Assembly (NCBI GenBank): GCA_043825735.1
Contig: JBDRRP010000136.1
Span: 62,001-91,248 of the forward strand
DNA from: Pseudomonadota bacterium
Lineage (GTDB): Bacteria; Desulfobacterota; Desulfobacteria; Desulfobacterales; JBDRRP01
Direction: 5' to 3'
DNA: 29,248 nucleotides
Shown here: piece by piece, positions 17,914-27,193 of the stretch
Layout: each line of letters starts with the position of its first letter
Position numbering within the stretch: the stretch's first letter is position 1
Made by a program: the position numbers and the translations under genes
The notes under the pieces: generated by a model
Told to the model about the DNA's origin: nothing
The model's database searches: none
The model's input: only the letters and a program-made list of their open reading frames with translations

Positions 17914-19830
17914 TTAAAGGGTTCTGTCAAGAAGGGGAAAATGCCCCTGCAGTGCGCGAAAGGCGTTTTTGCCCAGGGCACCCGGCCCGGCCTCAGGCTT
18001 GCCGTCGGTCCCATCGAGCACGGAGCGCACCGCCGTCGCCAGATTCTGGATCTTAACCGGTTTCATCAAATACCCGCGGATGCCAATGGCCGCGGCTTTT
18101 TCCTGACTGATCCGCTCACTGAATCCGGTGCAAAGGATGATGGGAATGTCGCTTCTGATCGATATCAATTCCGCAGCCAGGCGATCGCCGGTCATCCGGG
18201 GCATCGCCACGTCCGTTACAACGAAATCCCAGGCGTCGGGAGCGGTTTTGAAGGCCTCCAGGGCATCGATGCTGCTGGACATTGCGGTGACTTGATACCC
18301 CAAATGCACCAGCATCCGCTGCTGGGTCCTCAGCACCAGTTCATCATCATCGACCAGCAGGACCCGCTCGTTTTCCGACGGTCTGGTTATTTTTTCCGCG
18401 ACGATGTCGGTACTTGCCGGTGTTTCCATGATCGGCAGGTAGATATCGAAGGTGGATCCTCTGCCCGGTTCACTGAAAACCTCAATATCCCCGCCGTGCT
18501 CAGCGATGATGCCGTAAGCCACGGCAAGGCCAAGACCGGTCCCTTTGCCTGTTTCCTTGGTCGTAAAATATGGTTCGAAGATCTTGTCCATGACAACCGG
18601 GTTTATCCCCATGCCGGTGTCACAGATGGTGAGTCTGGCATAGGGCCCCGGCGCGAGGTGGCTTGCTGCCGAGTCCTGATCGGTGAACACCGTCTCCTGG
18701 AGGTGGATCGTGATTTTCCCACCGTCGCGTTCGACGGCATGGTAGGCATTGGTGACGATATTCATGATGACCTGATGGAGTTGCGATGCGTCCCCGTGGA
18801 CCCTGCCGCACTCGGAGTCGATGTCCTGCTCGATCTCGATATCTGCGGGGATGGTGAAGCGAACCAGCCGGGACACCTGCCCCAGGATTTGGAGAAGGTT
18901 CACCGGTGCTTTTTCCCGCTTGGTTTTACGACTGAAGGCAAGGATCTGATCGACCAACTCGGTCCCTCTTTTCCCTGCGAGCAGGATTTCCCGGGCGCTT
19001 TCGTGCTCCGGGCTGCCGGGGGGCAGTTCCAGCGTGAGCAGTTCAGCCATGCCGGTGATGGGAAACAGAATATTGTTGAAGTCGTGAGCGATCCCTCCGG
19101 CCAGATTGCCGATGGAATCCATCTTTTGCGATTGCTGAAGATGGAATTCCGCTTTTTTCCGCTCGCGGATCTCCTTTGTCAACTGATGGTACAGGCGGCG
19201 GTATTTTTCTTCCGATGTTGCCAGTCCGACATTTGCCTGCACCAAACGGCGACGGTAGACGTTTCGGGCAATCTCTGCGCTGGAAATGAAAACGCTCGAG
19301 AGCAGCAATGATAAGAAGAATCGCGGCATGAGCGCACCGGTTGACAGGAACTCCGGGGGCGAAGAAATAAAATAGGCTGAAGCAACCGCGGCGGCGAAAA
19401 CGCCGGAGATGACCGCCCCGTGCTTGACGCCGATGATGATAACGGCCACGTAACAGAAAGGAAATACCCAGGGTATCAGCTCCCAGTCTCCAATGGCGCA
19501 AATACCGTAAAGCAGAAACAGTCCGGCGGACAGGACCTGTACCGTGAAGAGGGTGTTACCGATCATCATCTTTCTCGACTGCGCGATCGGCGTTCGGTCA
19601 ATGGCGACGGCCAGCAGCGCGAGAAACAAAATCCACGATACGATGGCCGCGCTCAGGGTGCTGGCGTTCAGCCAAAAATAGCCCATCAACGCGGTCATTA
19701 ACGGGCAGATCACCCAAGTGTCCACTTTTAAGATAAATTTGTAAGCATACACCGCCAGTTCGGACTGAATCACCGTTGGCAGATCGTGCTGGATATCGTC
19801 CACCGCTTCCACTTCCTTCTTATGCTCCAA
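17914..19830 (-). CDS. Membrane-anchored hybrid histidine kinase (multi-TM, HisKA, HATPase, REC)
   Basis: About six hydrophobic segments, [60 protein letters not shown]. Start uncertain. Confidence 0.88.
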   Translation of the reverse strand: MEHKKEVEAVDDIQHDLPTVIQSELAVYAYKFILKVDTWVICPLMTALMGYFWLNASTLSAAIVSWILFLALLAVAIDRTPIAQSRKMMIGNTLFTVQVLSAGLFLLYGICAIGDWELIPWVFPFCYVAVIIIGVKHGAVISGVFAAAVASAYFISSPPEFLSTGALMPRFFLSLLLSSVFISSAEIARNVYRRRLVQANVGLATSEEKYRRLYHQLTKEIRERKKAEFHLQQSQKMDSIGNLAGGIAHDFNNILFPITGMAELLTLELPPGSPEHESAREILLAGKRGTELVDQILAFSRKTKREKAPVNLLQILGQVSRLVRFTIPADIEIEQDIDSECGRVHGDASQLHQVIMNIVTNAYHAVERDGGKITIHLQETVFTDQDSAASHLAPGPYARLTICDTGMGINPVVMDKIFEPYFTTKETGKGTGLGLAVAYGIIAEHGGDIEVFSEPGRGSTFDIYLPIMETPASTDIVAEKITRPSENERVLLVDDDELVLRTQQRMLVHLGYQVTAMSSSIDALEAFKTAPDAWDFVVTDVAMPRMTGDRLAAELISIRSDIPIILCTGFSERISQEKAAAIGIRGYLMKPVKIQNLATAVRSVLDGTDGKPEAGPGALGKNAFRALQGHFPLLDRTL

Positions 19831-20083
19831 ATGCCGTCAAACTCTTTTCCATATCAGGCCCAGGGTGAAACCCGCAACGGTTATATGTCTGGAGAACCGG
19901 TTCGTTCATGCCGATGTCGATCTCATGAGCACCATCGCCGGAGACGGCGCGCATACTAGTGCGTTCCGATCACAACCGGGCGCCGCTGCTCCGCGATGAA
20001 TAGATTCGAGACTCTGGCTTCAGGATGAATCCAGATACAAGCGGTGTATTTAAGAATGGATACCAGTTAAGGATGGGTACCGA

Positions 20084-20845
20084 CTACCGCAAACTCCGGA
20101 TAAAAGCCTCCACTGCGCCGACGCCCTGCTCGTTCACCAGGCGGATGGTCTGGGTGCCGATGACGGCGATGTCCACCTTTCCCTTTAAAAAATCCACATC
20201 CTTTTTGTCTTTTACGCCGAACCCCAGAGCCAGCGGCAGTGCGGTGGCCTTGCGGCAGCGCTTCAGGTAGGTGTCCAGATCGTCGGAAAACTGGGTTTCC
20301 CTGCCGGTGACCCCTTTTCGGGCCACGCAGTACACGAACCCGCTGGCGTGGGAATCGATTTCGGCCATTCGGGCCTCGGGGGTGGTCGGGGCGTAGATGA
20401 AAATGGGGGAGAGATCCCGGCGCTTCATGGCCGCCAGGTAGTCGCCGCCTTCTTCCGGCGGCAGGTCGGGGACGATGGCCCCCTTCAGGCCGCGTTCGGC
20501 CATGGCATCGGCAAAGGCGTCGATGCCGTATTTGTAAAGGATGTTGTAGTAGGTCATGAACAGAAAGGGGATGTCGTGCGCCGCGGCCACGCTGGCGGCG
20601 AAATCGAGGCACTGGGCCACCCGGGCGCCGCGGGCCAGCGCCTCCTGGTTGGCCTTGAGGATCACCGGGCCGTCGGCCATGGGCTCTGAAAAGGGGATCT
20701 GCAGTTCCATGAGATCCACTCCGGCGGCCACCATAGCGGCCACGATATCGCGGCAGGCCTCGAAGCTGGGATAGCCCAGGACGATATGGGTCATGAGCAG
20801 GATGTCTTTGGTCTTCAACCGGTCACGGATATAGCTCTCAAGCAT
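20084..20845 (-). CDS. trpA: Tryptophan synthase alpha chain
   Basis: GYPS, ELQIPFSEPMADGPVI, MTYYN, IVPDLPPEE, APTT, GVTG, LGFGV; ATG 20845 overlaps the trpB end by 8 bp. Confidence 0.96.
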   Translation of the reverse strand: MLESYIRDRLKTKDILLMTHIVLGYPSFEACRDIVAAMVAAGVDLMELQIPFSEPMADGPVILKANQEALARGARVAQCLDFAASVAAAHDIPFLFMTYYNILYKYGIDAFADAMAERGLKGAIVPDLPPEEGGDYLAAMKRRDLSPIFIYAPTTPEARMAEIDSHASGFVYCVARKGVTGRETQFSDDLDTYLKRCRKATALPLALGFGVKDKKDVDFLKGKVDIAVIGTQTIRLVNEQGVGAVEAFIRSLR

Positions 20846-22064
20846 TGTAACCCTCTGCTTTCTTCCGGATGAACGCTTTCCACTCGGGATCCCCGAAGGC
20901 GTCGGCGATGGTGAAGATATCCTTGTCGCCCCGGCCGGACTGATTGATGATGATGCTGTCCTTGGGCGACAGGCCGGGGGCGTCCTTGAAGGCCTGGACA
21001 AAGGCGTGGGCCGATTCCAGGGCCGGGATGACGCCCTCCATCTGCATGGTCATCTTCATGGCTTCGATGACTTCGCTATCGGTTGCCGCGGTAAACTGCA
21101 CGCGGCCGCTTTCTCGCAGCGAGGAGAGAATCGGCGAGACGCCCACGTAGTCCAACCCGGCGGCCACGCTGTGGGTCTCCTTCATCTGTCCATCGTCGTC
21201 CTGAAGGAAAAAGGTCCGGTATCCCTGGGCGACGCCGATGCTGCCATCCTTGGATGCCAGCCGCGCCGCGTGCTCGCCGCTCTCGAGGCCCCGGCCGCCG
21301 GCCTCCACCCCCACCAGCGCGACCGGGTCGTCCATGAATCCGGTGAAAATGCCCATGGCGTTGGAGCCGCCCCCCACGCAGGCGTAGATGCGCGCCGGCA
21401 GTCGTCCTTCGGCCGATAGAATCTGCTTTCGGGCCTCCTTGCCGATGATGCTCTGAAAATGGGTCACCATCTCGGGAAACGGGTGGGGTCCGCAGGCGGT
21501 GCCCAGCACATAGTGGGTGTCGTCCATGTGGGTCACCCAGTCGCGGAAGGCCTCGTTGATGGCGTCTTTGAGAATCCGGGTGCCGTCGGTGACCGGGACC
21601 ACTTCGGCGCCGAGGCGCTGCATCCAGAACACGTTGGGCCGCTGGCGCTCCACGTCCACCTCACCCATGTAGATGGTGCAGCGGAATCCGAACTTGGCCG
21701 CCATGGTGGCCGTGGCCACGCCGTGCTGGCCGGCCCCGGTTTCGGCGATGACCCGTTTTTTGCCCATGCGCCGCACCAGCAGCCCCTGGCCCATGACATT
21801 GTTGGCCTTGTGGGCGCCGGTGTGGTTGAGGTCTTCTCGCTTGATGTAGATCCGGGCGCCGCCGAAATGCCGGGTGAGGTTTTCGGCAAAGGTCAGTGGC
21901 GTCGGCCGGCAGGAATAGGTGCTCATGAGCTGGACGTATTCCGCCCAGAAGGCCGGATCATCGCGGATCTCCAAAAACGCCGCTTCGAGTTCGTCGAAGG
22001 TGGCCACCAGCACTTCGGGCAGAAACGCCCCGCCGAAGCGGCCGAAATATCCGCGGTTACGCAT
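20838..22064 (-). CDS. trpB: Tryptophan synthase beta chain (TrpB1 type)
   Basis: GYFGRFGG, KREDLNHTGAHK (PLP lysine), AETGAGQHG, CVGGGSNAMG, GLDY.GV, IPALESAHA, SGRGDKD; ATG 22064 after GGAGG. Confidence 0.97.
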   Translation of the reverse strand: MRNRGYFGRFGGAFLPEVLVATFDELEAAFLEIRDDPAFWAEYVQLMSTYSCRPTPLTFAENLTRHFGGARIYIKREDLNHTGAHKANNVMGQGLLVRRMGKKRVIAETGAGQHGVATATMAAKFGFRCTIYMGEVDVERQRPNVFWMQRLGAEVVPVTDGTRILKDAINEAFRDWVTHMDDTHYVLGTACGPHPFPEMVTHFQSIIGKEARKQILSAEGRLPARIYACVGGGSNAMGIFTGFMDDPVALVGVEAGGRGLESGEHAARLASKDGSIGVAQGYRTFFLQDDDGQMKETHSVAAGLDYVGVSPILSSLRESGRVQFTAATDSEVIEAMKMTMQMEGVIPALESAHAFVQAFKDAPGLSPKDSIIINQSGRGDKDIFTIADAFGDPEWKAFIRKKAEGYNA

Positions 22065-22791
22065 CGGTAAATCCTCCAATGGTTTGAGAAAAGACAAACT
22101 GGTCGGTGCGGCAATACATCGCGGCGTAGACGGCGTTTTCCTTGTCGGAAAAATTGATGGTCCGGTTGACCAGCAGGATCGGCGTGGCGGCGGCCACTTC
22201 GAGCGCCGCCGCGCGCCGGCCCTGGACATAATCGATTCTGAACTGCTGCTTGCCGCCGGTGGGCCGCAGAAAGTAGTGCTCTTCCACGATCCGGCTGAGC
22301 GACTGGTGCCGCAGGTCCATGCGGTCGATGTCCCGAAAGACCGTGCTGTCTAAATAAATGTCCTCGATAAGGACGGGGCACCCTGCCACGGTGCGCAGGC
22401 GTGAAATGAAATAAGCGGGTTGACCGGTCAGCGGGTTGGCCTCGTCACCGGCGGGGACGGTCTCCAGGCGGGGGCCTTCCAGGAGCGTCGTGGTTACGGA
22501 AATGCCTTCCTGGTGAAAGGCGGCAGTGGTCCCTGCCAGCGAAAAGAGGTTCACTTCCTTGGTGGCCTGCCGGACAAAGGTGCCCGAGCCCCGGCGGCGC
22601 ATGAGAATGCGTTTTCGCACCAGAAGATCGGTGGCCTGGCGGGCGGTGGGCCGTCCGATGCCGTACGCAGCGGCGAGCTGGTGTTCCGAGGGGATCCGTT
22701 CGCCCGGCGGGTATTCGCCGCAGCGGATCTTGGCCAGCAGAATGTCCGCCAGTTGATAGTAGAGCGGCACCGGTGATTGGAGGTTGAGCAT
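22057..22791 (-). CDS. GntR-family regulator, HutC subfamily (wHTH + UTRA)
   Basis: PLYYQL, YPPGERIPSEHQLAAAYGIGRPTARQA..RRRGSGTFV; C-terminal UTRA-like pattern (ISRLR..PVLIE..YL, SL..IVE, PILLVNR, YCRTDQF); overlaps the trpB start by 8 bp. Confidence 0.92.
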   Translation of the reverse strand: MLNLQSPVPLYYQLADILLAKIRCGEYPPGERIPSEHQLAAAYGIGRPTARQATDLLVRKRILMRRRGSGTFVRQATKEVNLFSLAGTTAAFHQEGISVTTTLLEGPRLETVPAGDEANPLTGQPAYFISRLRTVAGCPVLIEDIYLDSTVFRDIDRMDLRHQSLSRIVEEHYFLRPTGGKQQFRIDYVQGRRAAALEVAAATPILLVNRTINFSDKENAVYAAMYCRTDQFVFSQTIGGFTDA

Positions 22792-23000
22792 GGTCTTGCC
22801 TCGATCGGGTTTTTGCGGTTTGCGTCCAAAACGCATCCGGCGGTGTTTTGACATCATCTCCGTCGAAACGGGACTCCGGTCTTTGACGCAGCAGCGTTAC
22901 TCCGCTTTTCAGGGGAGCGGCGGGCGCTTGCGGTAGCCGGCCCCCTGCCAGGTCTCGGTCGCGCCATCGGCGGCAGACCAAGGGGTAGGCAAAATTGGTA

Positions 23001-23018
23001 AAGTTGTCAAGACAAATT
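23001..23018. promoter_or_regulatory. Putative HutC/GntR-type operator overlapping a minus-strand TTGACA (-35)
   Basis: AAGTTGTCAAGACAAATT, imperfect palindrome with core TTGTC-aa-GACAA (23004-23015), fitting the GT-N-(T/A)A-N-AC pattern of HutC-subfamily sites; about 210 bp upstream of gntR. Confidence 0.65.
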
Positions 23019-23116
23019 ATTCATCCGCTCAGGATCCACTCGAAAAACCCGGGCCTGGCCGCAGGCAAGGCGCAACCGCTGCCGGATACCCTTTTCGGTG
23101 GTCGATACCGGGGCGC

Positions 23117-24643
23117 TCATCCTCTATAGATGCGGAAGTCGATGCCGAACTTTTGTGCCTTGTAGTTGAATTTGCGGACGGTGGTCTTGAGCAGGGCTGC
23201 GGCGGCAGTGGAGTTGCCCCGGGTATTTTTCAGAGAATCGATGATCATTTCCCGCTCCATATTGGCAATGGCATCCTCCAGTGACTGGGCCGGAAGGGTG
23301 CCTGATTCTTCGCCGGTCTGAAGGGTGGGGGGCAGGTGGTAGCTGTGGATGACGCCTTCCTCGCACAGCAGCACCGCCCGCTCGATGCAGTTTTCAAGCT
23401 CCCGCACGTTGCCCGGCCAGTGATAGGCCATGAGCATGTCGATGGCCGGCGTTGAAAACCGCTTGATGTCTTTCTGGTTTTCTTTCGCGTAGCCCTCGAG
23501 AAAATGGTCGGCCAGCAGCAGGACATCGGTTTTACGTTCCCTCAATGGGGGCATGTAGATGGGAAAAACATTGAGGCGGTAATACAGATCGTCCCTGAAA
23601 ATGCCCTCCTCGACGGCTTCTTCCAGGTTCTTATTGGTCGCGGCAACGATCCGGACATCCACCTTGATGGTTCGCTGGCCGCCGACGCGCTCGAGCTCCT
23701 TTTCCTGAAGGACCCTGAGCAGGTTGGCCTGCACATCGAGGCCGATGGAGCCGATTTCGTCGAGAAACAGCGTGCCGTTGTGGGCCAGCTCGAATTTGCC
23801 CAGTTTGAGTTTGATCGCTCCGGTGAACGCCCCTCTTTCATGCCCGAAGAGCTCGCTCTCGATGAGGTTTACCGGGATGGCCGCACAGTTGACCTTGATA
23901 AAGGGCCCCTTGGCCCGGGGGCTGTTGTAGTGGATCGAATTGGCGGCAAGCTCTTTGCCGGTGCCGCTTTCGCCGCGGATCAGCACGGTGGCGTTGCTGT
24001 GGCTCACCTGCGAGATCATCTGGAACACTTCGCGCATCTTGTTGCTGTTGCCGATGATGTTGGTGATGCTGTACTTGTTTTCCAGCTCGTTTCTGAGCCG
24101 CTTGTTTTCATCGCGCAGCATTTCCTTTTCGCGCTTGATGTTTTCGATGTTGATCACGTGCTGGGCGATCATGGTGGCCACCACCGAGAGCAGCTTCTGG
24201 CTGTTTTTAAGCGGATAAGCGTCGTTGAACGCCTGATCGACGCTCAGGGCGCCGATGACGTGGTTGCCCTTTTTCACAGGTACGCAGATAAAGGAGCGCT
24301 CCTGGTCCTGTTTGGATTTGCGCGAAGCCGTGCGGTTGAGAAATCCGGGTTCCTCGCTGATTTTGGGAATGATCACGGGTTGGCCCGATTCGATAACCCG
24401 CCCGGTGATGCCCTCGCCGAGCTTGTATTTGGCTTTTTCCATGGCGGATTTGGAAAGTCCGTGGGCCACTTCGATGCGGATTTCATCCCGCAGCGGGTCG
24501 AGCAGAGTAACGGTGCCGCGGGCCATGTTGAGCGAGTTGGACAAGTTTTCAAGGACTATGTATAGGGCTTTGCGAAGGTCCAGATTTTCGTTGAGGGCCT
24601 TGCTGATTTCATAGAGCAGGGTGACTTCTTCAATGCGTTTCAT
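23117..24643 (-). CDS. GAF-domain sigma54-dependent activator (NifA-like architecture GAF-AAA+-HTH)
   Basis: [11 protein letters not shown] motif, [40 protein letters not shown]-terminal HTH; ATG 24643. Confidence 0.9.
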   Translation of the reverse strand: MKRIEEVTLLYEISKALNENLDLRKALYIVLENLSNSLNMARGTVTLLDPLRDEIRIEVAHGLSKSAMEKAKYKLGEGITGRVIESGQPVIIPKISEEPGFLNRTASRKSKQDQERSFICVPVKKGNHVIGALSVDQAFNDAYPLKNSQKLLSVVATMIAQHVINIENIKREKEMLRDENKRLRNELENKYSITNIIGNSNKMREVFQMISQVSHSNATVLIRGESGTGKELAANSIHYNSPRAKGPFIKVNCAAIPVNLIESELFGHERGAFTGAIKLKLGKFELAHNGTLFLDEIGSIGLDVQANLLRVLQEKELERVGGQRTIKVDVRIVAATNKNLEEAVEEGIFRDDLYYRLNVFPIYMPPLRERKTDVLLLADHFLEGYAKENQKDIKRFSTPAIDMLMAYHWPGNVRELENCIERAVLLCEEGVIHSYHLPPTLQTGEESGTLPAQSLEDAIANMEREMIIDSLKNTRGNSTAAAALLKTTVRKFNYKAQKFGIDFRIYRG

Positions 24644-24741
24644 GGGGCGCTCTCGTCCTTGGTTGACATTTTTGAAGGGCAATTCATCCGGGCGAACAGT
24701 TTTGTAACAAATTGCCGCATTTTTCAAGGATTACTTTTGAC

Positions 24742-25914
24742 GTGATTCTCCATGTGGACATGGACGCTTTTTTTGCCGCGGTGGAGCAGCGCGACGACCC
24801 CGCGCTGAAGGGAAAATGCGTCATCGTGGGCGGCACCTCCGGAAGGGGGGTCGTGTCGGCGGCCAGCTACGAAGCCCGGCGCTTTGGCGTGCATTCGGCC
24901 ATGCCGGTGTTCCAGGCCCGGCAGCGGTGTCCCCACGGCGTGTTCGTTCATCCCCGGATGGGTCGCTACAAGGAAGTATCCGCCGAGGTGATGGCCATTT
25001 TCCACAGGTATTCGCCGCTGGTGGAGCCGGTGTCCGTGGACGAAGCCTATCTGGACGTCAGTGGGTGCGGCCGCCTGCTCGGGGCGCCGGTGGATATCGC
25101 CGCGCGCATCAAGGCCGCGGTGCATGCGGAAACCGCGCTGACCTGCTCCATCGGTATCGCCCCCTGTAAATTTCTGGCCAAGATCGCCTCCGATATGAAT
25201 AAACCCGACGGGCTCACCCACATTCTCCCTGAAACCATACCCGAGTTTATCGACGCCCTGGACATCCGCAAAGTGCCGGGCGTGGGGGCCGCCACCGAAC
25301 CGGTGCTGCGGCAACTGGGGATTCACCGGCTCGGGGATGTGCGGCGTATTCCCGAGGCGCTGCTGGAGCGGCACCTGGGCCAGTACGGGCGGCGCCTCAG
25401 GCAGCTGGCCGAAGGCGATGACGGCTCCCCGGTGGTTCCCTCGACGCCGGCCAAATCGGTGAGCTCGGAAACCACCCTGCAAAAAGACACCGCCGATGCG
25501 GGTATTTTACGCCGTCACATGCTCCAGCAGTCGGAAACGGTGGCACGGCAGCTCCGGCGCGGCGGGGTCAAGGCCTGCACCGTTCAGATCAAGATGAAAG
25601 ATGCCGCCTTTCACCAGATCACGCGCCGCACCACCCTGGCGGCGCCAACTCAGTCCGGGCGCGCCATCTACGGCGCCGCCTGCGCCCTTCTGGAGCGCCA
25701 CCCGCCCCAGGGGAAGCTGCGTCTCATCGGCGTGGGGGCCGCCGGGCTCACCACCGAGAGCCGCCCCCGGCAGGCATCACTTTTTGACGCCGGGGCGTGC
25801 ACAGACGGCGATTGGGAAAAGGCCGATACGGTGATGGACCGCATCGCGGACAAATTCGGCCGCGATGCCATCCGGCGCGCGGCGCTGGTTGAGCGGGAAG
25901 AAGATGACGGATGA
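24742..25914 (+). CDS. dinB: DNA polymerase IV
   Basis: ILHVDMDAFFAAVE, ASYEARRFGVHSAM, SVDEAYLD, KIASDMNKPDG, C-terminal clamp-binding-like QASLF; probable GTG start at 24742. Confidence 0.96.
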   Translation: MILHVDMDAFFAAVEQRDDPALKGKCVIVGGTSGRGVVSAASYEARRFGVHSAMPVFQARQRCPHGVFVHPRMGRYKEVSAEVMAIFHRYSPLVEPVSVDEAYLDVSGCGRLLGAPVDIAARIKAAVHAETALTCSIGIAPCKFLAKIASDMNKPDGLTHILPETIPEFIDALDIRKVPGVGAATEPVLRQLGIHRLGDVRRIPEALLERHLGQYGRRLRQLAEGDDGSPVVPSTPAKSVSSETTLQKDTADAGILRRHMLQQSETVARQLRRGGVKACTVQIKMKDAAFHQITRRTTLAAPTQSGRAIYGAACALLERHPPQGKLRLIGVGAAGLTTESRPRQASLFDAGACTDGDWEKADTVMDRIADKFGRDAIRRAALVEREEDDG

Positions 25915-26075
25915 CAGACGACAGAGGACAGACGACAGAGGACAGAAACACCGAAAGCAAAGAGGTTTTGACAGGATTTACAGGATCAACAGGATATGAA
26001 TGGCGGCTGGGTCGCGAAATCAACGGCGACACCAACTGCAGAATTCACCGCAGATGACGCCGATTGCGCGGATGA
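25906..26075 (+). repeat. Cluster of short-period tandem repeats (7-mer x6, 9-mer x3, 9-mer x3)
   Basis: GACRGAn x6 at 25906-25947; ACAGGATnn x3 at 25971-25997; CGCnGATnn x3 at 26049-26075. Confidence 0.85.
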
Positions 26076-26154
26076 AATGGGCGGCCTTCCGCCTTCGCAA
26101 AACCCAACACTGCGGCGGACAGGTCGGCCGAAGAGCAACTACAACAGCTTCTCG

Positions 26155-26458
26155 CGCAGAGACGCGGAGGCGCAGAGAAAACCGTGAAGTAAAAGCATTT
26201 GTCCTTTTCCCGTCATCCCGGCGAAGGCCGGGATCCAGGCCTTTGGCCGATGGGCATCACTGCTGATTATCTGTCGCGGCAACACAGCTTTCAAAATGTG
26301 TTTCGGAGGCCACGGAGAAACTCGAAAGTAGGTGATGATTGCAAAATCTCCGTGTCCTCCGTGACTGGTTCAACATCACTGAGGGAAAAGACCAATTAAA
26401 GTTATTCTGTATAAGCCTAAAAATTACTGGATTTTCTCTGCGCCTCCGCGTCTCTGCG
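26155..26458. repeat. Perfect 27-bp inverted repeat (CGCAGAG family) enclosing two other palindromic repeats
   Basis: CGCAGAGACGCGGAGGCGCAGAGAAAA (26155-26181) is the exact reverse complement of 26432-26458. Inside: ATCCCGGC-GAAG-GCCGGGAT hairpin (26215-26234) and a CACGGAG pair (26304-26318 / 26347-26361, 14/15). Confidence 0.9.
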
Positions 26459-26497
26459 AGAATTTCGGTTTGGGTGTTGGTTTTCGGGGTGTTTCAG

Positions 26498-27010
26498 CTA
26501 CTCCGGCGCCAGTGCCTTCAGCACCTCGCTGACGGTCTGGTCGGGAGTCAGCGACGAGCAGTCCACGGTAAGGTGGGCCCAGCGGTCATACAGCGGGGTG
26601 CGCGCTGCGTAGAGACCTTCGATGCTCTGGCCCGGGGCGATCACCACCCCCCGGCTGCCCAGATCGTCGAGCCGACGGGTGAGGCGGGGCAGATCGATAT
26701 CGAGATGGACGACGCGCCCCGAGCAGGACAAGTGGCGCATGGACCGGGCGCGGTAGACAACGCTGCCGCCGGTGGCGATGACGTGGGCGTGTACGTCAAG
26801 CCCTTCCATATAGTCCGCTTCCAGATCGCAGAAGCCTTCAGGTCCCAGTTGGGCGATGAGCGATGGCAGCGTTTCGCCTTCACCGGTCTGGATGAGGATG
26901 TCGGTGTCGATAAAGCCGTAGCCCAGCCGCTTGGCCAGCAGCACGCCGACCGTGCTTTTACCCACGGCCGGCATACCGATGAGAACGATGTTTTCTTTCG
27001 GACTGTCCAT
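26498..27010 (-). CDS. aroK: Shikimate kinase
   Basis: NIVLIGMPAVGKSTVG Walker A, FIDTD, F..LE, VIATGGS, R.PLY. Confidence 0.9.
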   Translation of the reverse strand: MDSPKENIVLIGMPAVGKSTVGVLLAKRLGYGFIDTDILIQTGEGETLPSLIAQLGPEGFCDLEADYMEGLDVHAHVIATGGSVVYRARSMRHLSCSGRVVHLDIDLPRLTRRLDDLGSRGVVIAPGQSIEGLYAARTPLYDRWAHLTVDCSSLTPDQTVSEVLKALAPE

Positions 27011-27087
27011 GATAAGATGTTTTCCGCCCAAAGAGGCGGAGTGCCCTATTTCATGAAGCGGCGTCTGCGTCGCTATGGGTTAAAGTG

Positions 27088-27115
27088 CTCTGCGCCTCAG
27101 CGTCTCTGCGCGAGA
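27088..27115 (-). repeat. Additional CGCAGAG-family arm
   Basis: CTCTGCGCCTCAGCGTCTCTGCGCGAGA, near-identical to 26436-26458 and similar to 7274-7299. Confidence 0.8.
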
Positions 27116-27193
27116 TATTCTTTTTGGTGAATACAAATTGTATAAGGCTAAATGCAATTTTCAATGGGTTGTGCAGATAACCGGATTCCATAA

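Noticed and set aside
17941..19311. 456-aa plus-strand ORF (also 23504..24565 and 11537..12685)
   Set aside because: Antisense to well-supported genes, with no family signatures.
22935..22950. Minus-strand TGGCA-GGGGGCCG-GCT, GG-N10-GC spacing upstream of gntR
   Set aside because: Lacks the TTGC -12 context; GG-N10-GC alone is frequent in GC-rich DNA.
22792..22990. Possible second Trp leader peptide ahead of gntR-trpBA
   Set aside because: The short ATG-initiated minus-strand ORF there has no Trp codons and there is no U-tailed terminator.
23117..24643. Assigning the symbol nifA
   Set aside because: The domain architecture is shared by many non-nif activators and there is no nif context.
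24644..24741. LexA/SOS box upstream of dinB
   Set aside because: Only a CGAAC half-site; no complete palindrome matching a LexA box I know.
25906..26460. CRISPR array
   Set aside because: No constant 23-47-bp direct repeat with regular unique spacers, and no cas genes.
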